From: Ophelia neglecta
Lineage: Eukaryota
Assembly (NCBI GenBank): GCA_965285935.1
Contig: OZ260663.1
Span: 109,678,001-109,742,000 of the forward strand
Length of the DNA: 64,000 nucleotides
Direction: 5' to 3'
Positions 37,540 to 50,726 of the stretch are shown here, piece by piece (positions within the stretch are counted from its first letter, which is position 1; each line of letters starts with the position of its first letter). Below the pieces are notes generated by a model. That model was not told the DNA's origin. It saw only the letters and a program-made list of their open reading frames with translations, and made no database searches. The translations under genes and the position numbers were made by a program.

Positions 37540-37766
37540 ATTTAGGCCATTGCCCAGACCATTACTCAGGCCATCTTGCACAGGCATTACTCAGGATACT
37601 GCTCATACCATTACTTAAGCCATTGCCCAGACCATTACTTAGGCCAATACTCAGGCCATGAATCAGCCATTTTGCTCAGGACATTATTCAGGACATTACT
37701 ACGGATATTACTCAGGCCATTTTTCAGGACATAATTCACGCCATTTTTTAGACTATAATTCAGGCC
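37540..37766. repeat. Degenerate 12-13-bp minisatellite (CATTACTCAGGC)n
   Basis: Repeated cattactcaggc/cattgcccagac units. Confidence 0.75.
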
Positions 37767-37955
37767 GCCATGATGGAAATAATTTTAAGATTGACGTCAA
37801 ATTATATAGTAATTTCACATTGTCCAATTAGAAGCCACATGAAAACGTCGGTTCCATTAGCACTTTCCTGGTCTAAAAGCTTGTAGGACAGTGACATACT
37901 AATAATAAATAAGTGTTTATATGGAAGCATAATAAATAACTTTGTATGTCCTACG

Positions 37956-38052
37956 ACCACCAAAGCGTGGCCGAGTGGTTAGGGTGTCCGCCTCGCAAGT
38001 GGTAGATCGGGGTTGGAATCCCGATCGCGTCAAACCCAAGATGTAAAAATAG
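37956..38052 (+). mobile_element. 3'-truncated copy of the 14384 SINE (tRNA head only)
   Basis: ACCACCAAAGCGTGGCCGAGTGGTTAGGGTGTCCGCCTCGCAAG...GGTTGGAATCCCGATCGCGTCAAACCCAAGATGTAAAAATAG aligns with 14384-14480. Confidence 0.9.
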
Positions 38053-40981
38053 TCATAAGAAAATGTGTTCACCAATTCCTTCTAGGTCGATGTTGTGTTT
38101 TTTGTTCAACTACATGACACAACTTGTTAATAAGTCTAATATTTTTATAGCTCTGCGACAACAAAAATAACCCCTTGTAAAACCACCGCAAGCATGTTCT
38201 TATTCAATTAAATGTTTATTTTTGCTTTTCATGTTGCATTTATTAGGTGCAAGTCACTTTCTATGTTAGCACAGCATGTGTTTTATATTTATAACACGAC
38301 ATTCGACTTGTATCGCTATGATTTGTTCTACGCTATCTCGCCACTCCAGCCATTCATGGATGAGACCTGGCTCCCAGTGAGAGTTTAATCGGCCGGTATA
38401 GCGCTGACTGGCAGTGCTAAGAAGTGTTCTGTGATATTGTGCGCCTGAACTCCGGCGAGGCAAGCTGGAGCTAGTCTGTAGCAAAACATAACTGAAGGCT
38501 CGTCATCCAGCTAGGTGTCGTATAAAGGCCTTACATGTGGCCTTCTTGAATATAAATTTGACCGTTATAGACAATCAATCTATAGGCCGGGTCTGATACA
38601 TATATCACGATTTGACATAGTGGATGGAAAGCGAAATCCATTGTATGAATCACACGTCGAAGTTTTGACTCCTTTCTACAACCAACTCACGTCATCTATC
38701 TACATAATTCATGACGTATTTATTGATGATGCTAGAGACGCCATTGAATGAGCCTATAGACTGAGGATTACATGATAAAAGCTGGGGTGGCATCTTTTTA
38801 TAGTCCCCCTTATACCTACCTAATACCCGGAATGTCGTAGTGTCTGGTTTGTTGATTTGGTATGACAGTCGAACTGCATTGGAAAATGGCGGAGCACCCT
38901 CTGAGACCCATAAGGTGACATGTGTGAGTATTTAGGTGACAGGGAGACCATAATTTGAAGACTTAGAGGACCGACCGGAATTTTATCGCTCATAAACTGA
39001 AGAAGTATTCTACAGTTGGCCCGGTTTTATTGGGTGACATGGCTGACTCGGGTGTTTAGTGTCCCCATAGGACCGCACTTTGACCACTAGACGATAAGGC
39101 AGTTGGGTCTCTAAAGGTTAAATCTATAAGGATCATTCTGTCTCTCAAACCGAACAGCAATACATAATTATCTGCAGTCCAACAGAACGCAGTACAATTA
39201 CCCTGCAGCACGGTGCTAAGGCAAAGGGTATATCTAGCAATAGGGAAATAATTCTGCATCATACCACGTAAGACTACATGTCATTGCTGGTTTCTCAAAA
39301 ACAACGGGAACAAGCTTTTCTTTGACAAATGCTTGGGCAGGAATGTTCTCGTTCCTGCTTCCTCGCTGGCATAATGTAAAAACGGGAGTGGATATCCAGC
39401 TAATAGAGAAAATCTTAAATCAAAAAATAGCCCATTATATAGGTCTCACCTTTTCAGAAATCGGCAGCCACAGACCTAGAAACATCAATAAATCAATCCC
39501 CAACACAAAAACAGTAAATAAACGTGTAATGCAAATAATAAAAGGAAAAATAGGTAGTCAATAGTTTTCCATGATGCATGTCAGAACACAAGGATCGCCT
39601 GTCCTATTTGACTTCTAGACCTTGCAAAGCTTGCGTTAGTTAGGTCAGTTGTACCCTAGCATGGCCTCCGGCGAGTGATCAAATACACAAACCTTAGGGA
39701 ACAGACTTGTCATGTTCAGAGTCAAATGCATTACAGGCAATCCTAGAATGACAGTAATGCATCTGCAATGACCCAGGATCTAACTGTCAACCGCTCCAAC
39801 CGCCGGCTCATAGGGGCAATGGCGGATTTCATTGATCCACGGATGATAATCATATTAGATCATCTGATTACGGCCCTTTCTACCCGTCTCTGCTATTCAC
39901 CATTGAAGGTAATGGTATTTAAGTTAGCTTGAATTTCAATCAGTTAAATGCTTATACCATTTACTTGATGGGGAACCCTGTCCACTCTACGTGTCTAAGT
40001 GGCTTACGTCTTCACGTGATCACCTCATTTCTTAAAGTGGCCATCAAAGATTTTTCTTCTTTATGTGACTAGCAACTATTTTAATCACAGTCGATAAAAC
40101 TAGACCAATTAAAGCTAACTATTCAGAATACATAACTCAGTCAAAAATACATCTGTTTGAAATATTAAGCCTCAATACCAGTGGCATGCCAGAGCTACTC
40201 TGGTGCTATAAAATGCCAGTGAATAGTAATAAACCCCAGTTATGACACGGCCGCTGTCTTAGTTTGGCTTTAGCCGCCTATTGAACCTGGCGGATACTTT
40301 TAACTGTATTGTCGGCCCCTTGTTTCCTAGACTTTCCTTGTCGGGATTGCCTGAAGGCTTGTATAGGCACAGCGGCAAACATTGTGCTTGCTCCTTGTTT
40401 TCTGATACATCTGATGCCGATGGTTACCGGTAGAAGTTGTAAAAGTTAAAATAGGGTTGCCATGGCAATCAGGTAAAGAGTCAGGGCACCCACATCTACA
40501 TCTCCCCCAAATTTGACGATTGAAACAAAATTGCACAATTCATGTTCAAGTTAACTACACTGTAGATTGTGTTACTCGGCCGAACCTTTTCAATATAATG
40601 CAGGGTTTGCCGGGGTTTTTCTGATTAAAACTTGACTTGTTTCTTCTTCAGACGTTATTTGGAATCTGCTTTGGTTAGAAATATGCATACCTTTTGACCT
40701 GGGGCATGTCACGTAAACAACCTTCTTCTCCTCGAAGAAAAATACATCCAGTATGCCAGGACCGTTTTATCGCCTATTGTTTACCGTTGAAGTAGACAGG
40801 TACGATGATGATATTTATCTGTTTGAGCAACCAGTAATATAACTGCTTTGCCTGTGTTCCATCTACTGCATATATAATAATTGTAGTTATCACCAGTTTA
40901 TCCATCATTACCAGGCCTTGCTCCTATTTCTGTTCTAGCTTCCGCCTTCATATAATGACTACACTCATTGTTTAGAATAAT

Positions 40982-41781
40982 GGGCAGGAACAAGGGGCAG
41001 TAACAAGGTGCATTATCAAGGGGGCAGTAACGAGAGGCTGTAATAAGGGGCAGTAGCAAGGGAAATAACAAGGGAGAGGAACTAGAGGCAGTAACAAAGG
41101 GCAGTAACAAGGGGTAGTAAAAGGGGCAGTAACATGAGGCAGTAACAAGAGGCAGTAACAATGGGGCAGTAACAAAGGGGCAGTAACAAGGAGCAGTAAC
41201 AAAGGGCAGTAACAAGGGGCAGTAACATGAGGCAGTAACATGAGGCAGTAACAATGGGGCAGTAACAAGAGGCAGTAACACGAGGCAGTAACATGAGGCA
41301 GTAACAAGGAGCAGTAACAGGAGGCAGTAACAAGGGACACTAACAAGGGGAAGTTATAAGGGGCAGTAACAAGGGGCAGTAACAAGAGGCAGTAACAAGA
41401 GGCAGTAACAAGAGGCAGTAACAAGGGCAGTAACAAGGAGCAGTAACAAGGGGGCAGTAACAAGGAGCAGTAACAAGGGGCAGTAACAAGGGCAGTTATA
41501 AGGTGCAGTTACAGGGGGCAGTGACAGGGGGCAGTAGCAAGGAGCAGTAACAAGGGACTAACAAGGGGCAGAAACAGGAGGCAGTAACAAGGGACAGTAA
41601 CAAGGGGCAGTTATAAGGGGCAGTTACAATGGGCAGTAACAAGGGCCAGTAACAAGGGCAGTAACAAGGGCCAGTAACAAGGGCAGTAACAAGTGCTAGT
41701 AACAAGGGCAGTAACAAGGGCCAGTAACAAGGGCAGTAACAAGGGCCAGTAACAAGGGCAGTAACAAGGGCCAGTAACAGG
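40982..41781. repeat. 12-13-bp minisatellite (CAGTAACAAGGGG)n
   Basis: About 60 units. Source of the LLLPLVTAPCYC ORFs on the minus strand. Confidence 0.95.
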
Positions 41782-44700
41782 GCTTAATTTCAGGTATCAA
41801 TCAAACAAATTATCAGTTTCGTTACTCAGGTGATTGTGGCAGCCGCGGCCATGACTGACTTTCCTGTTCGGCTAACGGTACTAATGCTGGATATGTTTCC
41901 TGGGAATAGCAATGCTCACAAAAAGAGCCTTTTTATGCATTTTATGTCGAATATTGTAAACAAACATTCTTTTTCTTGAGCTATATTTTACCATTTATTT
42001 TAGAAAAACAAATTTCGTCATATAATTATGCTAAAAAGTAATTTTCTCCGGAAATCAACTCTTCCGAGGAAGGTCGCATCCAAGATATTTCCGCTAGCAG
42101 GAAACAATTGACAAGTCGGGAAAATGTCTTGCTTGAAACTATAGCACAGTGTCAACGCTTTTCAATTGTTTATGACATTTCCGAAGAAATACCATGGTTT
42201 GCCTGGTAATACGTATTAACATGGGTTTGCCTGGTCAAACATATAAAGTTGAATTTTGAATGGTTAAACAAATAAATCTTGGTTTTGCCTGGAAATACGT
42301 ATAAACTTGGGTTTGCTTGGTAATACATATTAACCTGGCTGTACCTTGTTATAAATTGGTAATGCATATAAACCTGGGTTAACCTGGTAAAACATATAAA
42401 CCTGGATTAACCTTGTAATAGAAATAAACCTTGGTTTTGCCTGGTAGTGCATATAACCCCGGCTTTGCTTGGTAATAAATATAAATCTGGGTTTTGCCTC
42501 GATATATGTAAACCTAAATTTACCTGGTTATACATATATACCTGAGTTTTGCCTCGAAATATATATAAACCAAGGTTCGTCTGGTAAAATATATTAACCT
42601 GGGTTTTGCCTTGAAATACGTAAGTACTTGGGGTTGCGACGAAGCAAATTTAATCATAATCACACATCAACTCCCCTGCCTATGCAGGTTTTTTAGTGAA
42701 TACCAGATGGCATTGTATGACTATATAAGCTATATTACTACAGCAATAGTAAGTGGTCACGTTTGAACTGAGCCCAACACCAATTTCCTAAAGGTATCTC
42801 ATGAAATACGTTTGTGATAGATTCGACGCATAATGCTCGTCAGGAATGATGGAAAAAACGTGGGATTACCAATAAGACTGAATACAGTGGTGATAAACAC
42901 ATTCTTTGGATACGAAGTAGTCAATCTCCATTTTTACAGTAGATGCATTTCGGTCTCAAAGTTCTATAATGTTCCATACTTCACAGACTTCTTGGATGTT
43001 AAATGGATTTGTATTCAATCATGAAGCATTACAGGGTAAATTGTTCTATATCGGTCGGACACTGGTAGAATACGATTGGTGAAGATTTGCTGATGGCAAT
43101 ATCAGGACTACGACACATTTTCCAATTGGATAAGAGCTCCGCCTTTATTCACCATTGCCTCGTGATTGAATCAATAATCAGAAATATGTCCTTGCTTTGC
43201 TAAGATTTTCAATGTAGCCCTCGGAAATATTCTGTGGAAAATTATATGCAGATGAACTTTCCAGGCTGTATCATCAACCAACTGGGGTATACACATTTGC
43301 GCCTAGAAATAGAAGTAGAACTGAGGGATCACTAAAAACCACAACTAAACCGCTCAATGGCTCACTCTATGGTTTTGCCTGAAAAATATTCATAGCAATA
43401 AGCAGAAAGAATTGAAAATGTATGGTGCCTGAGAGACTTAGGAGAGTGCATTTAAATATAAATCTGGGTTTAATCAGCATCGAAAGGAATGGAAATGTAT
43501 GATGGACCGGACTAGGAATAGACACTCCATAGGCCAAACCCCTGAGCTACCCCTCGTGCTCACTTGAGGCAACAGTATTGAGCCATGTTATTCCGGTACT
43601 TATCACGACCAAGGTGTATATTAAAAAGTGTACATAGGCTTAAAGGCTGCAAACACAAAACATGGAAGGAAAAGGTGTTTCCATTCTAACACACCCTTGT
43701 GGCTTTAAAGCTACCATAGGAATTAAGATCTCTGATTTCTGCTCGCGGGTGGCTTTTTGAATGAAACATGCCATCACGCGAGAGGACGGTGATGTTGAGG
43801 TAATCCACCTTTTGTGTTAATCCCCTTGTTTGTTGTAAGTTATGTCTTATGTTTTCTTAGCGCTTCTTTGTCCGCGTGTTCCATGATTTTTCTACGTCAG
43901 AATGTTGGAAAACGGCGAAACACACATAATTAATAATACAGGAAAATAATATATCGTCCAGAGCTTGTCGTTACTACCATGCATTTCGGTAGGGGAAAAA
44001 CAACAAGCTCTTTATTTTCCTTATTATATTTTACTACTCTGTACTCAAACTTAAGTGCGAATTGCGGCAACACTATATCAACGGTTATTTTTATCCAGGG
44101 TCAATGTAGTTCTGTTCAGTTCCCCGTCCATTAAATGCTATCACGTTTTTTTGTAGACTTCCTTACTATTGACGACACTTGGGCTGTGACAGAAATTGCT
44201 CTCAGGTGTTGTGATATGTGGTGCAGCATTTAATTTGTTACGCGAAGCTATGCGTGTGGCCTGCAAACATTTTAGCACTCCTGGAGCGCTACAAGCAACT
44301 AGAGTGGTTATTTTCTGTAGGGGGGGGGGGTATAGTAATAAGAGCATTAGCCTCTCGGTACCAACTGTTCCTGGAAGCTAGAAACGAGATTTATTTTCCA
44401 GTAAAATGAGATCACTTTTTTCAAAAGGAAAGCATACCCTCTCTTATCCGAAGAGCAAGCCTTGATAATAGCTTCTTCTTCCATTGAAATCACTGGTTGA
44501 ATTCGGTTGTCTTGCATAAATGCCCATTCTGTATTGTATATTACTTTCTGCAGTATAACGGTTAATGCATATTGTGGACGTTCTTTCAGTACATTTTATT
44601 GTATTGCATTAAAGTCAAATGTCATATTTATTATATAGACAACCACCAATTTAAGGCAATCATGATTCCCTCCTTCAGCAAGGAACGCGCTACACAATAG

Positions 44701-46383
44701 CATGATGATAAAGTTTACTGTTAACAATGTTGACAGGCCTGTTATCGATACTGGACAAACGCCGACCTTTATGAGTCTCGTTGACATTTAATGCTTACAT
44801 TATCAATGTGATTTGTCTGTATGCATTGAGGAGAGGAATTAGTCGTGCCAGTTATGGATTGTTCGGGACATTGAGAATATACAAGATCAGTGCTGATATC
44901 AGGCACTTGTTCAGGGGAGACGTCTAAATGACTTGGGGGCCCAAATCATTTGTCTCGGAGGAGACGGAGCAACATAGCGTCCTGGAAAGAAACCGATTAT
45001 TTCATTAACTCATTTTTCATTAATGCAGTGTGATACATGTGTGTATTCAAATTGCTCATAAAAACAATTAGCTCAGTCTTAAATAGTCAAATGGAATTTG
45101 TCTTTCCCAGTGGCAAACAAAAACAGCACATAATAATAAACATACGAGGATCTAACGGTGCTATTGCAAAAGATTACTTAAGTTCATTAACATCATGAAA
45201 TTTTCAGCATTGTGGACAAATGTGTGAAATTCTTTAAGAGGATGTATTGTTTTTTCATGCTGTTTGTTAGTATTCAAGAACATTTGATTAGGTGACATTT
45301 AACCGTCGAAGGAAGTGTCCAAACTACATTTGTTTGGAAAAAATGGGTTCTTCTTTGTACAGACATTTCTTTTGGAATTATATATCTCACTGATTTGAAC
45401 TTTTTTCGCCATTAACTATCCAAAAAGAATGTTTGAATCCAGAGGAATACACCTTGTGCGTGTTGCCATCTTTCCACTGTGGGATGACAGTCAGAACATT
45501 CTCATCCTTCAAACACCGAAGTGCACATAAGGCAGGCCTTGTCGTCTTTTGTATCACTCTGTATTAGTAAGTTTTGTATATGAGTGTCTGTTCTGTGCTT
45601 GCTATAGCTATCTTTAAACCTGCATTGAAGGCATTTCCTGGTGCATAGGGCTCATAAACATTGGTTGCTGACGCCTCAAAGGTTATGTAACTGTTATTGT
45701 GGGATGCTATGGGACACTGACAGTATCTATAAACACGCAATATGACTTGCGTCGTTGTTCTTCGTGTCTGCGATGATTATTAGCAATAACCTGCGCCGCC
45801 ATAATGCTCAGGATTAGATTTCTGTCAATATTTATGTTGCAAATTGCAAATTACACTCGTGTTGCTCGAGTTGAATCCAGCCTTCTTGCCTACTTTCTAC
45901 CAGTGTTGAAGGTGCGCCTGAACTCCAAACATTCGTTATAGGCCATCTACAAAACCAAAAGCTATAATGGAGATTAGTCATATTGTCTGCAGTGAACAAT
46001 TTGGTTGCAGAATGGAACAAGAGCAAGTCTCCATTTTTGGCCGACTCTTTTGTTCATGGCGTCAAAGATTGGAGATTAGACCCAGGTTTGTGACAGTTAA
46101 CGCGATAAGGTTGAATATATTAGCCAAAGTTAATAGTAAATCCAGCCATTCTCGCCTCAGAGAGAAACTTTATTTTCAAGGAAATTGGACAGACAATATA
46201 TTGTCCCACTATCCTCCGGGACATATAATATTCCAACCGGCGTCAAAAATCGGAGGCCGTATCAGAAAAGCAAGAACCAAAAAATGGCCGTTCCTTCAGA
46301 GGTCCACGTCTCTGCTTGATGTTGTTTTAAGACTACCCTCTTTCTATACGGCGTCCGGACGTGTCTTCCTGACAAATACAATC
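41009..46383 (+). repeat. Tandem segmental duplication, copy 1
   Basis: 42676-46383 aligns with 47016-50726 (offset about 4340). The array leader TGCATTAT..AGGGGCAGTAACGAGAGGCTGTAA at 41009 recurs at 46385. Confidence 0.93.
42195..42625. repeat. ~28-30-bp degenerate minisatellite
   Basis: Recurrent ATAAACCTGGGTTT(T)GCCTGGTAAATAC-like units. Confidence 0.85.
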
Positions 46384-46384
46384 A

Positions 46385-47013
46385 TGCATTATTAAAGGGG
46401 CAGTAACGAGAGGCTGTAACAAGGGGAAGTATCAAGGGAAGGAACAAGGGAGAGGAACTAGAGGCAGTAACAAAGGGCAGTAACAAGGGGCAGTAACAAG
46501 AGTCAGTAACAACGGGTAGTAACAAGGGGTAGTGACAGGAGGAAGTAACAAGGGGCAGTAACAAGGGGCAGTAACAAGGGGCAGTAACAAGGGGCAGTAA
46601 CACGGGGGCAGTAACAAGGGGGCAGTAACAAGGGGGCAGTAACAAGGAGCAGTAACAAGGAGCAGTAACAAGGAGCAGTAGCAAGGAGCAGTAACAAGGG
46701 GCAGTGACAAGGAGCAGTAACAAGGGGCAGTAACAGGAGGCAGTAACGAGGGGCAGTAACGAGGAGCAGTAACAAGGGGCAGTAACAGAAGGCAGTAACA
46801 AGGGGCAGTAACAGGAGGCAGTAACAAGGGGCAGTAACAAGGGGCAGTAACGATGGGCAGTAACAAGGGGCAGTAACGATGGGCAGTAACAAGGGGCAAT
46901 AACAAGGAGCAGTAACAAGGGGCAGTAACAGGAGGCAGTAACAAGGGGCAGTAACAAGGGGAAGTGACAAGGGGCAGTAACAAGGGGCAGTGACAAGGGG
47001 CAGTGACAAGGGG
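46385..47013. repeat. 13-bp minisatellite (CAGTAACAAGGGG)n, second array
   Basis: About 48 units with the same leader as the 41009 array. Confidence 0.95.
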
Positions 47014-50000
47014 CTCTGCCTATTCAGGTTTTTTAGTGAATACCAGATGGTATTGTATGACTATATAAGCTATATTACTACAGCAATAGTAAGTGCTAAC
47101 GCTTTGAGCTGAGCCCAACAACAATTTCCTAAAGGTATCTCATGAAATACGTTTGTGATAGATTCCACGCATAATGCTCGTCAGGAATGATGGAAAAAAC
47201 GTGGGATTACCAATAAGACTGAATACAGTGGGTGATAAACACATTCTTTTGATACGTAGTAGTCAATCTCCATTTTTTACAGTAGATGCATTACGGTCTC
47301 AAAGTTCTATAATGTTCCATACTTCATAGATCTCTTGGATGTTAAATGGATTTTTATTCAATCATGCAGCATTACAGGGTAAATTGTTCTATTTTGGTGG
47401 GACACTGGTAGAATACGATTGGTGAAGATTTGCTGATGGCAATATCAGGAATACGACACATTTTCCAATTGAATAAGAGCTCCGCCTTTATCCCCCATTG
47501 CCTCGTGATTGAATCAATAATCAGAAATATGTCCATGCTTCGCTAAGATTTTCAATATAGCCCTCGGAAATATTCTGTGGAAAATTATATGCAGATGAAC
47601 TTTCCAGGCTGTATCATCAACCTACTGTGGTATATACATTTGGGCCTAGAAATATAAGTAGAATTGAGGGAGCATTAAAAACCACAACTAAACCGCTCAA
47701 TTGCTCACTCTATGGTCTTGACTGAAAAAATTCATAGCAATAAGCAGAAAGAAATGAAAATGTATGGTGCTTGGGAGACTTAGGAGAGGGCATTTAAATA
47801 TAAATCTGGGTTTAATCAGCATCGTAAGGAAAGGAAATGTATGATGGACCGGACTGGGAATAGACACTCCATAGGCCAAACCCCTGTCCGACCCCTCGTA
47901 CTCACTTGAGGCAACATTATTTAGACAGGTTATTCCGGTACTTATCACGACCATGGTGTATATTAAAAAGTGTACATAGGCTTAAAGGCTGCAAACACAA
48001 AACATGGAAGGAAAAGGTGTTTCCATTCTAACACTACCTTGTGGCTTTAAAGCTATCATAGGAATTAAGATCAGTTTGATTTCTGCTCGCGGATGGCTTT
48101 TTGAATGAAACATGTCATTACGCGAGAGGACAATGGTATTGAGGTAATCGACCCTTTGTGTTTATCTCATTGTTTAGTTGAAAGTTATGTCTTATCTTTC
48201 TCAGCGCTTATTGGTCCGCCTGTTCCATTATTTTTCTACGTCAGATTGCTGGAACACGGCGAAACACACCTACTCAATAATACAGTAAAATAATATATCT
48301 TCCGGCGCTTGTCGTTACTACTATGCATATCGGTAGGGGGGAAACAACAAGCTCTTTATTTTCCGAATTCCGTTTTTCTTCTTCTTTATTCAGATTTAAG
48401 TGCGAACTGTATTGCGGCAACACTATATCAACGGTTATTTTTATCCGGGGTCAATGTAGTTCTGTTCAGTCCCCCGTCCATTAAATGGTATCACGTTTTT
48501 TTGTAGACTTCCTTACTATTGACGACACTTGGGCTGTGACAGAAATTGCTCTCAGGTGTTGTGATATGTGGTGCACCATTTGATTTGTTACGCGAAGCTA
48601 TGCATGTGGCCTGCAAACATTTTAGCACTCCTGGAGCGCTACAAGCAACTAGAGTGGTTATTTTCTGTAGGGGAGGGGGTATAGTAATAAGAGCATTAAC
48701 CTCCCGGTACCAACTTTTCCTGGAAGCTAGAAACGAGATTTATTTTCCAGTAAAATGAGATCACTTTTTCCAAAGGGAAAGCATAGCCTCTCTTATCCGA
48801 AGAGCAAGCCTTTATAATAGCTTCTTCCATTGAAATCACTGGTTGAATTCGGTTGTCTTGCATAAATGCACATTCTGTATTGTATATTACTTTCTGCAGT
48901 ATAACGGTTGATGCATATTGTGGACGTTCTTTCAGTACATTTTATTGTATTGCATTAATGTCAAATGTCATATTTATTATATAGACAACCACCAATTTAA
49001 GGCAATCAGGATTCCCTCCTTCAGCAAGGAACGCGCTACACAATAGCATGATGATGAAGTTTACTGTTAACAATGTTGACAGGCCTGTTATCGATACTGG
49101 ACAAACGCCGACCTTTATGAGTCTCGTTGACATTTAATGCTTACATTATCAATGTGATTTGTCTGTATGCATTGAGGAGAGGAATTAGTCGTGCCAGTTA
49201 TGGATTGTTCGGGACATTGAGAATATACAAGATCAGTGCTGATATCAGGCACTTGTTCAGAGGAGACGTCTAAATGACTTGGAGGCCCAAATCATTTGTC
49301 TCGGAGGAGACGGAGCAACATAGCGTCCTGGAAAGAAACCGATTATTTCATTGACTCATTTTTCATTAATGCAGTGTGATGCATGTGTGTATTCAAATTG
49401 CTCATAAAAACAATTAGCTCAGTCTTAAATAGTCAAATGAAATTTGTCTTTCCCAGTGGTAAACAAAAACTGCACGATAATAAACATACGAGGATCTAAC
49501 GGTGCTATTGCAAAAGATTACTTAAGTTCATGAACATCATGAAATTTTCAGCACTGTGGACAAATGTGTGAAATTCTTTAGGAGGATGTATTGTTTTTTC
49601 ATGCTGTTTGTTAGTATTCAAGAACAGTTGATTAGGTGACATTTAACCGTCGAAGGAAGTGTCCAAACTACATTTGTTTGGAAAAAATGGGTTCTTCTTT
49701 GTATAGACATTTCTTTTGGAATTATATATCTCACTGATTTGAACTTTTTTCGCCATTAACTATCCAAAAAGAATGTTTGAATCCAGAAGAATACACCTTG
49801 TGCGTGTTGCCATCTTTCCACTGTGGGATGACAGTCAGAACATTCTCATCCTTTAAACACCGAAGTGCACATAAGGCAGGCCTTGTCGTCTTTTGTATCA
49901 CTCTTTATTAGTAAGTTTTATATATGAGTGTCTGTTCTGTGCTTGCTATAGCTATCTTTAAACCTGTATTGAAGGCATTTCCTGGTGCATAGGGCTCATA

Positions 50001-50726
50001 AACATTGGTTGCTGACGCCTCAAAGGCTATGTAACTGTTATTGTGGGATGCTATGGGACACTGACAGTATCTATAAACACGCAATATGACTTGCGTCGTT
50101 ATTCTTCGTGTCTGCGATGATTATTAGCAATAACCTGCGCCGCCATAATGCTCAGGATTAGATTTCTGTCAATATTTATGTTGCAAATTGCAAATTACAC
50201 TCGTGTTGCTCGAGTTGAATCCAGCCTTCTTGCCTACTTTCTACCCGTGTTGAAGATGTGCCTTAACTCCAAACATTCGTTCTAAGCCATCTACAAAACC
50301 AAAAGCTATAATGGAGATTAGTCATATTGTCTGCAGTAAACAATTTGGTTGCAGAATGGAACAAGAGCAAGTCTCCATTTTTGGCCGACTCTTTTGTTCA
50401 TGGCGTCAAAGATTGGAGATTAGACCCAGGTTTGTGACAGTTAACGCGATAAGGTTGAATATATTAGCTAAAGTGAATAGTAAATCCAGCCATTCTCGCC
50501 TCAGAGAGAAACTTTAATTTCAAGGAAATTGGACAGACAATATATTGTCCCAATAACTTCCGGGACATATAATATTCCAACCGGCGTCAAAAATCGGAGG
50601 CCGTATCAGAAAAGCAAGAACCTAATAATGGCCGTGCCTTTAAAGGTCCACGACGCTGCTAGATGTTGTTTTAAGACTACCTCTTTCTATACGGCGTCCG
50701 GACGTGTCTTCCTGACAAATACAATC
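46385..50726 (+). repeat. Tandem segmental duplication, copy 2 (lacks the equivalent of ~41783-42675)
   Basis: Begins with the 13-bp array (46385-47013), then joins directly to CTGCCTAT.CAGGTTTTTTAGTG. Ends at ACAATC 50726. Confidence 0.93.

Noticed and set aside
37956-38040. Functional tRNA gene (also 14390-14460)
   Set aside because: It continues into SINE body sequence, has a degenerate B box and has no clean acceptor stem or T-run terminator.
40898-47009. Cys/Leu/Pro-rich ORFs (LLLPLVTAPCYC) as metallothionein- or keratin-associated-like proteins
   Set aside because: They are translations of a 13-bp repeat that is open in all three minus frames.
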